Source: Rhodospirillales bacterium (GTDB lineage: Bacteria; Pseudomonadota; Alphaproteobacteria; Rhodospirillales; Casp-alpha2). Taken from it: a DNA stretch of 32,907 nucleotides. Of this stretch, positions 27,331 to 32,907 are shown piece by piece (position 1 is the stretch's first letter; each line of letters opens with the position of its first letter). The stretch covers positions 1 through 32,907 of the forward strand of contig JACPJY010000157.1 in the NCBI GenBank assembly GCA_016187325.1, in the 5' to 3' direction. A model generated the notes under the pieces. The model had not been told where the DNA came from, searched no databases, and worked only from the letters and a program-made list of their open reading frames with translations. The translations under genes and the position numbers were made by a program.

Positions 27331-27777
27331 GTGAAAGCCGTCCTGCAGCGCGTCGCCGGGGCCAGCGTCGACCTCGACGGCGAGACCATCGCCGCCATCG
27401 GCTTAGGCCTGGTGGTGCTGGTGTGCGCCGAAAAGTCGGACGACGAAGCCGAGGCCGACTTCTTCGCCCGCAAGATCGCCCACATGCGCCTGTTCGCCGA
27501 CGCTGAACGCAAGACCAACCGGTCGCTGCTCGACGTCAAGGGCGAGGCGCTCGCGATCAGCCAGTTCACGCTCGCCGCCGATTGGCGCAAGGGAAACCGG
27601 CCGAGCTTCTCGGACGCCGCCGATCCGGCGACCGCCGAGCGGCTTTACGAACACTTCTGTGAAAAACTGGCGGCCGAGGGCGTGCCGGTGAAGAAGGGCC
27701 GCTTCCGCTCGCACATGCGGGTCAACCTGGTCAACGACGGGCCGGTGACGATCTGGATGGACAGCGCCGACCGCTGA
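27331..27777 (+). CDS. dtd: D-aminoacyl-tRNA deacylase
   Basis: The GTG at 27331 follows AAGGCGGGGA. The track start at 27277 lies inside the palindromic element. VKAVLQRV..., SQFTLAAD, GNRPSF and NDGPVTIW are classic Dtd motifs. The length of 148 aa fits. Confidence 0.88.
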   Translation: MKAVLQRVAGASVDLDGETIAAIGLGLVVLVCAEKSDDEAEADFFARKIAHMRLFADAERKTNRSLLDVKGEALAISQFTLAADWRKGNRPSFSDAADPATAERLYEHFCEKLAAEGVPVKKGRFRSHMRVNLVNDGPVTIWMDSADR

Positions 27778-28686
27778 TTATCTACCCAGCACCAATATCA
27801 AAATGCCGCCGACGATCAACGCGATGCCGACCAGCTCGACCATCTTCGTCCGCTCGCGGAAGAACACCGCCGAGGCGATGAAGGTGAACACCAGCTCGAT
27901 CTGGCCGACCGCCCGCACCAAGGCCGCGTTCTCGAGCGTGAACGCCGAGAACCAGAAGATCGAGGCCAGCACGCCGGCGACGCCGACCGACAGCGCCGGC
28001 CGCCAGTTGCGGACCACCGCCGTCATCTGCCCCGGCTCGCGCACCAGCAAATAGCCGCCCATCATCAGCGTCTGCATCACCACCGAGACGGCGAGCGTGA
28101 AGGCGGCGCGCATCAGGAAATCGTCGTTGCCGAGCGCCAGCGCGCCGCCGCGGAACAACACCACCGACGCGCCCAGGAACGCGCCGCAGACGAGGCCGAT
28201 CAGCGTCGGCTTCTCGGCAAGACCGGTGAATAGGTTCTTGACGGTGATCCTGGCGTCCACCACCGACAGCGCGAACACGCCGACCAGACTGACGGCAATG
28301 GCGACCACGGCAGTAACGCTCAAGGTGTCGCCGAGGATGAGCAACCCCAGGATCGCCACCTGCGCGGTCTCGGTCTTGGAATAGGTGGTGCCGACGGCGA
28401 AATTGCGGAACGAGAACAGCCACAAAAGCAGGAACGTGAAGATGATCTGCGACAGCCCGCCGAGGAAGCAGTAGAGCAGGAACTTCGGGTTCGGCTCCGG
28501 CACCGCGAACCCGCCGAACCTCGCCAGCGCCCAGCAATAGACGACGGCGAACGGCCAGGCGTAGAAAAACCGCACGTAGGCCGCGCCGGCCGTCGACAGC
28601 CGCGACTTCAGGTGCTTCTGCAGCGCCGAACGGAGGTTCTGGAAAAACGCGGCGGCGAAGGTGAGGGGAATCCAAAGCTCGGGCAT
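27778..28686 (-). CDS. EamA/DMT superfamily transporter
   Basis: 302 aa with about 10 TM segments and two EamA-like halves. The ATG at 28686 was verified. Its stop codon abuts the dtd stop. Confidence 0.82.
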   Translation of the reverse strand: MPELWIPLTFAAAFFQNLRSALQKHLKSRLSTAGAAYVRFFYAWPFAVVYCWALARFGGFAVPEPNPKFLLYCFLGGLSQIIFTFLLLWLFSFRNFAVGTTYSKTETAQVAILGLLILGDTLSVTAVVAIAVSLVGVFALSVVDARITVKNLFTGLAEKPTLIGLVCGAFLGASVVLFRGGALALGNDDFLMRAAFTLAVSVVMQTLMMGGYLLVREPGQMTAVVRNWRPALSVGVAGVLASIFWFSAFTLENAALVRAVGQIELVFTFIASAVFFRERTKMVELVGIALIVGGILILVLGR

Positions 28687-28818
28687 GGGCGGGGGATTAT
28701 ATCGGCGACGATCCGGGTGTCACACCAATTTACACCACCGTCCCGATTTCCAATCGCGCGCGCCTTCGTTACCGACTAGGATCGCCGGCAACGGACCTCG
28801 GAGGGAAAAACCTTGGCA

Positions 28819-31260
28819 ATGGTGCCGCCGAAGCGGGCCCGGGTCGTGATCATCGGCGGCGGGGTCATTGGTTGCTCCGTCGCCTATCATCTGACCAAGA
28901 TCGGCTGGAACGACGTAGTGTTGCTGGAGCGCAAGAAGCTCACCTGCGGCACCACTTGGCACGCCGCCGGGCTGATCGGGCAGCTCCGCGACAACCGCGA
29001 CATGACCAAGCTCGCCAAGTACACGGCCGACCTCTACGCCTCGCTCGAGGCGGAGACCGGACAAGCCACCGGCTACAAGCGCAACGGCTCGCTTTCCATC
29101 GCCACCAACGAAGGGCGCATGGAGGACCTGAAACGCCGCGCCGACATGGCCAAGGTGTTCGGGCTCCAGGTTGACGTCGTCGGGCCTAAGGAGTGCAAGG
29201 CGCGCTACCCGCTGATCGACGTCTCCGACGTGATCGGCGGCATCTTTTTGCCGTCCGACGGTCAGGCCAACCCGACCGACGTGACCATGGCACTGGCTAA
29301 GGGCGCCCGCGCCGGCAGCGCGCGGATCTTCGAAGACACCAAGGTCACCGCCATCCTGCACTCGGACGGCCGCGTCACCGGCGTATCGACCGAAGCCGGC
29401 GACATCGCCGCGACATTCGTGGTGCTGGCCGCCGGCATGTGGAGCCGCGACATCGCCGCCACCGTCGGCATCAGCGTGCCGCTGCACGCCTGCGAGCATT
29501 TCTACATCTTGACCGAGCCGTTCGCCGGCGTGACGCCGGACCTGCCGGTGTTCCGCGATTACGACGCGCATGCGTACTACAAGGAGGACGCCGGCAAGAT
29601 GCTGCTCGGCGCCTTTGAGCCCAAGGCCAAGCCGTGGGGCATGGACGGCATTTCCGAAGATTTCTGCTTCGACCAACTGCCCGACGACTTCGAGCATTTC
29701 GAGCCGATCCTCGAGATGGCGCTGAAGCGCATGCCGGCGCTCGCCGACGCCGGCATCCAGAGCTTCTTCTGTGGCCCGGAGAGCTTCACCCCCGACAACC
29801 GCTACCACATCGGCGAGGCGCCGGGGCTGAGGGGCCTGTTCGTCGCCGCCGGCATGAACTCGATCGGCATCCAGTCGGCCGGCGGGGTGGGCTGGGCGCT
29901 GGCTCAGTGGATGCGCGACGGCCGGCCGCCGATGGACCTGTGGACGGTCGATGTGCGCCGCAACCTGCCGTTCCAGATGGACCGCCGATACCTGCGCGAG
30001 CGGGTCACCGAATCTTTGGGACGCCTCTACGCGGTGCATTGGCCGTATTACCAGTTCCGCACCTCCCGCGGCGTGCGCAAATCGCCGCTGCACGACCGCT
30101 TGGCCGCACGCGGCGCCTGCTTCGGAGAGATGCGCGGCTGGGAGCGCCCCAACTGGTACGCGCCGGCCGGCGTCAAGCCGGAGTACGAATACAGCTTCGG
30201 CCGCCAGAACTGGTTCGAGCACTCGGCGGCCGAGCACCGGGCGGCGCGCGAGGCGGTGGCGCTGTTCGACCAGACATCGTTCGCCAAGTTCACCCTCGAG
30301 GGCCGCGACACCGAATCCGTGCTCAACCGCGTCTCGGCCAACAACGTCGCGCAGGCCCCCGGCCGCGTCGTCTACACCCAGTGGCTCAACGAGGCGGGCG
30401 GCATCGAGGCCGACCTCACCGTTACCCGCACCGCCGAGGACCGCTTCCTGATCGTCACCGGCGCCGCCTCGCAGGTCCGCGATTTCCACTGGCTGAAGGA
30501 CCACATCCCGGCCGGCGCCGACGCCCGGCTCGCCGACGTCACCGACCGAATGGCGGTGCTCGGCGTCATGGGGCCGCGGTCGCGCGAACTGCTGCAGCGC
30601 CTGACCGGCGAATCGCTTGCCAACGACGCCTTCCCGTTCGGTGCGTCGAAGGATATCCGCTTCGACCATGTGCAGGCCCGCGCCTCGCGCATCACCTACG
30701 TCGGCGAGCTCGGTTGGGAGCTCTACGTCGACAGCCGACAGGCGCCCGCCTTGTACGACGCCGTCGTCGCCGCGGGGACGGAGCTGGGGCTGGTTCACGC
30801 TGGCTATCACGCCATGGATTCGCTGCGCATCGAGAAAGCCTATCGCCGCTGGGGCGCCGACATCGCCGACCGCGACACGCCGCTCGAGGCGGGGCTGGGA
30901 TTCGCCGTCGCCTGGGACAAGAACGGCGGCTTCATCGGCCGCGACGCGCTCATCCAGCAGCGCCAAAAGGGCGTCGTCCGACGCCTGGTGCAATTCGCGC
31001 TCGACGATCCGGGACCGCTGCTTTACGGCAACGAGCCGATCTGGCGCGACGGCCGCATCGTCGGCTCGCTGACGTCGGGCATGTACGGCCACACGCTGGG
31101 CCGCGCCATCGGCCTCGGCTACGTCGAGAACGCGGGCGGCGTCGATCGCGCCTTCGTCGAGGCGGGGACCTATGAGATCGAAGTCGCCGGCGTCCGCTTC
31201 GCGGCGCGTCCTTCCTTGCAGCCGCTTTACGACCCCCAGTCGTCGCGCGTCAGGGCCTGA
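28819..31260 (+). CDS. FAD-dependent oxidoreductase fused to a GcvT-type aminomethyltransferase domain (dimethylglycine/sarcosine dehydrogenase family)
   Basis: ATG at 28819; the track uses a TTG at 28813, and GGAGGG lies upstream. Dinucleotide fold: VVIIGGGVIGCSVAYHL. GTTWHAAGL matches the covalent-FAD His context. The C-terminal folate-binding GcvT domain is present (ITYVGELGWELY). Confidence 0.88.
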   Translation: MVPPKRARVVIIGGGVIGCSVAYHLTKIGWNDVVLLERKKLTCGTTWHAAGLIGQLRDNRDMTKLAKYTADLYASLEAETGQATGYKRNGSLSIATNEGRMEDLKRRADMAKVFGLQVDVVGPKECKARYPLIDVSDVIGGIFLPSDGQANPTDVTMALAKGARAGSARIFEDTKVTAILHSDGRVTGVSTEAGDIAATFVVLAAGMWSRDIAATVGISVPLHACEHFYILTEPFAGVTPDLPVFRDYDAHAYYKEDAGKMLLGAFEPKAKPWGMDGISEDFCFDQLPDDFEHFEPILEMALKRMPALADAGIQSFFCGPESFTPDNRYHIGEAPGLRGLFVAAGMNSIGIQSAGGVGWALAQWMRDGRPPMDLWTVDVRRNLPFQMDRRYLRERVTESLGRLYAVHWPYYQFRTSRGVRKSPLHDRLAARGACFGEMRGWERPNWYAPAGVKPEYEYSFGRQNWFEHSAAEHRAAREAVALFDQTSFAKFTLEGRDTESVLNRVSANNVAQAPGRVVYTQWLNEAGGIEADLTVTRTAEDRFLIVTGAASQVRDFHWLKDHIPAGADARLADVTDRMAVLGVMGPRSRELLQRLTGESLANDAFPFGASKDIRFDHVQARASRITYVGELGWELYVDSRQAPALYDAVVAAGTELGLVHAGYHAMDSLRIEKAYRRWGADIADRDTPLEAGLGFAVAWDKNGGFIGRDALIQQRQKGVVRRLVQFALDDPGPLLYGNEPIWRDGRIVGSLTSGMYGHTLGRAIGLGYVENAGGVDRAFVEAGTYEIEVAGVRFAARPSLQPLYDPQSSRVRA

Positions 31261-31272
31261 GGCGGTCGCAGT

Positions 31273-31299
31273 GCGGCGTTCAGCCGCGCCGCGGTTTTT
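31273..31299 (+). terminator. Rho-independent terminator after the dehydrogenase gene
   Basis: GCGGCG (31273-31278) pairs with CGCCGC (31287-31292), followed by GGTTTTTCCTTT. Confidence 0.6.
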
Positions 31300-31416
31300 C
31301 CTTTGCCTGGAATCGGTTAGCGGCTAAAGTTTACGCAAGAACCCGCGCAATCGTAATCGGGCCGCAACGCAGCCTGTGCTCTTGGGGAAGCGAACGACGG
31401 GTTCCAGCGCGACACG

Positions 31417-32604
31417 ATGAACAAACCGACCAAACAAAAAGCACCGCCCGGCGCCGCCTTGCTGCAACGTCTGCGGACGATGGAGCCGAAGAGCGCCCAG
31501 GGTCTGTCGCTGATCCTGCTGTCGCTCAGCGCCCTTCCCACCGGCAGCGCCGAGGACAAATTCTGGAACGGCATCGACGAGTTGCTGTGGGGCTACAAGC
31601 AGCGCTACGAGGGAGAGCTCTACGAGCTGTCGCAGGCCGACCGCGCGCTGCTGATCAAGTTTTCCGAATTCAGCGAGATCGGCATGCTCAGCGACCTCAA
31701 GGTCGCAATCCTGCGGCTGATCCAGCAATATCTGCCGGAGCATTTCGGCTTGGTCGACCAGACCCGACTGCTCCGCAACATCGACCTTCGCGTCAAGCTT
31801 TCAAACGCCGTCAAGTTCCTCGAGCACTACGAGAAACAACCGGGCAAGACCGGCGACAAGGGCGTCAAGCTCCGCCCGCTGCAGGAGGGTGACATCGACA
31901 TGGTGGTCGACGTCAACAAGAAGGTCGGCCACGCGCAGTTCAGCAAGATTTTCGTTCAGCACCAGAAGATCGCCCAGGTCGCCCCCGGAAAGCCGCCGAC
32001 GCCGGTGATGAACGAATACTTCATCGGCATGGACGCGCTGAAGAAGCACGTGTTCACCAACGTCGAGCTGCGCGCGTCCGGCAACCTGTTCAATCAACTG
32101 ACGATAACCCTCGACCGGCTGTTGATCGAGGCCTTTCAGGAAGTCAATCCCGAACGCAAACGATGCTCCATCAATCTCAACGTCGAGAGCGTCTTCACCC
32201 GCACCTTCGAGACTTTTCTTGGCGACGCGGACAGCAAGGCGCTGACCGACATCCTGTTCGAATTCCGGCAGGCCAATATCCTGCAGCACTTCGATGAATT
32301 CGAGATCGCCGCCAACCTGATCCGGTCGCGCGGCGGCACCATCGCCATCGATGCCATCTTCGCCGAGACCGTCGGCCTGGTGAACCTGTCGAAACTACGC
32401 GCAGCGGTGGCCAAGGTCTTTTGGCGGCCCGGCGCCGAATCGATGCTCCCCAAGCAGCATGCCGAGATCAAGAGGATGCAAGACGCCGGCGTGATCTTCG
32501 TGATCGCGCGACTCGACGACGAGGTCGGCATCCAGGTCGGCCAGCAGCTCGGCATCACGCTGTTCCAGGGATTCCACGTCGACCAACTTCTGAAGACGGC
32601 CTAG
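31417..32604 (+). CDS. Hypothetical protein with an unrecognised N-terminal half and a degenerate EAL-like C-terminal domain (RimA-like position)
   Basis: 395-aa ORF, about 58-60% GC. The C-terminal landmarks align by eye to an EAL domain: GMDAL, INLN, ILFEF, IAIDAIF, VAKVF, VIARLDDE, FQGF. No clear SD precedes the ATG at 31417; an alternative ATG lies at 31480. Confidence 0.7.
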   Translation: MNKPTKQKAPPGAALLQRLRTMEPKSAQGLSLILLSLSALPTGSAEDKFWNGIDELLWGYKQRYEGELYELSQADRALLIKFSEFSEIGMLSDLKVAILRLIQQYLPEHFGLVDQTRLLRNIDLRVKLSNAVKFLEHYEKQPGKTGDKGVKLRPLQEGDIDMVVDVNKKVGHAQFSKIFVQHQKIAQVAPGKPPTPVMNEYFIGMDALKKHVFTNVELRASGNLFNQLTITLDRLLIEAFQEVNPERKRCSINLNVESVFTRTFETFLGDADSKALTDILFEFRQANILQHFDEFEIAANLIRSRGGTIAIDAIFAETVGLVNLSKLRAAVAKVFWRPGAESMLPKQHAEIKRMQDAGVIFVIARLDDEVGIQVGQQLGITLFQGFHVDQLLKTA

Positions 32605-32709
32605 GCGGCGGGATCGAAAAGCGGGCCGATTTCCGCCCCCGGCGACTGGTGGAGCGAGGGCGCCGGTTTTTCTGTCGCTGGCGGCCGTTCTTTTTGGCAA
32701 GATAAGGCG

Positions 32710-32907
32710 ATGGAAAAAAAGCGAAAACGCGCCGCCGGTTGGCGGGAGTGGGTGAGCTTGCCATCCATCGGCGTCGGTTCCATCAAGGCGAAACTGGACA
32801 CGGGGGCAAGAACATCCGCGCTGCACGCCTTCAACATCGAAACCTACTGGTCGAACGGCGAGCTGTGGGCGCGCTTTTTCGTTCATCCGTATCAAGAGAA
32901 TGACGCC
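32710..32907 (+). CDS. Retropepsin-like / 'ATP-dependent zinc protease' (DUF785) family protein, RimB-like; 3' end outside window
   Basis: Not in the ORF track because it has no stop inside the window. From the ATG at 32710 the frame is open to the window end: [67 protein letters not shown]-x-E-W-V-x-LP, IKAKLDTGA and TSALHA are hallmarks of this family. Confidence 0.72.
   Translation, partial: MEKKRKRAAGWREWVSLPSIGVGSIKAKLDTGARTSALHAFNIETYWSNGELWARFFVHPYQENDA

Noticed and set aside
27144-27590. 148-aa minus-strand ORF, and the 27277 start of the dtd ORF
   Set aside because: Both run through the nested palindromic element. Dtd homology begins at the GTG at 27331 (VKAVLQRV). The antisense ORF is a shadow of dtd plus the repeat.
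30195-30215. tRNA T-loop-like GGTTCGAGC string
   Set aside because: It lies inside the dehydrogenase CDS, and no acceptor or anticodon stems can be drawn around it. I found no tRNA in the window.
28720-31092. 790-aa ORF on the minus strand
   Set aside because: It is antisense to the dehydrogenase gene, whose product has clear FAD-binding and GcvT motifs. The antisense product is an Arg/Ala/Gly-rich low-complexity shadow typical of high-GC DNA.

Overview
High-GC (roughly 65-68% by eye) proteobacterial chromosomal segment with about 32 protein genes. I found no rRNA, tRNA, CRISPR array, transposase or integrase.

Gene order, left to right:
- 3' part of a hybrid histidine kinase fused to three receiver domains and a class III adenylate cyclase.
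- Three stand-alone receiver genes, convergent with the kinase.
- A tctCBA tripartite tricarboxylate transporter operon ending in an MmgE/PrpD-family gene.
- A c-di-GMP-I (GEMM-I) riboswitch directly in front of a two-gene micro-operon: a 52-aa membrane peptide and a stand-alone PilZ receptor.
- A LysR regulator followed by a Liv-type ABC importer (three permeases, two ATPases, a Tat-signal binding protein), a nitrilase-superfamily enzyme and a coupled unknown membrane protein.
- An ECF sigma/anti-sigma locus with a small secreted protein.
- Citrate synthase.
- pta and xsc (sulfoacetaldehyde acetyltransferase), split by an island of about 45% GC that carries an orphan lipoprotein gene.
- An omega-amino-acid:pyruvate aminotransferase plus mmsA.
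- A nested palindromic extragenic element.
- dtd, an EamA/DMT transporter, and a dimethylglycine/sarcosine-dehydrogenase-like flavoenzyme.
- A 395-aa protein with a degenerate EAL-like C-terminus, followed by the 5' end of a RimB-like retropepsin/DUF785 gene that is missing from the ORF track. This layout resembles rimA-rimB-(rimK).

The strongest finding is the riboswitch-peptide-PilZ module at 8.47-9.02 kb. Many long ORFs in the track are antisense shadows typical of high-GC DNA, and I rejected them.
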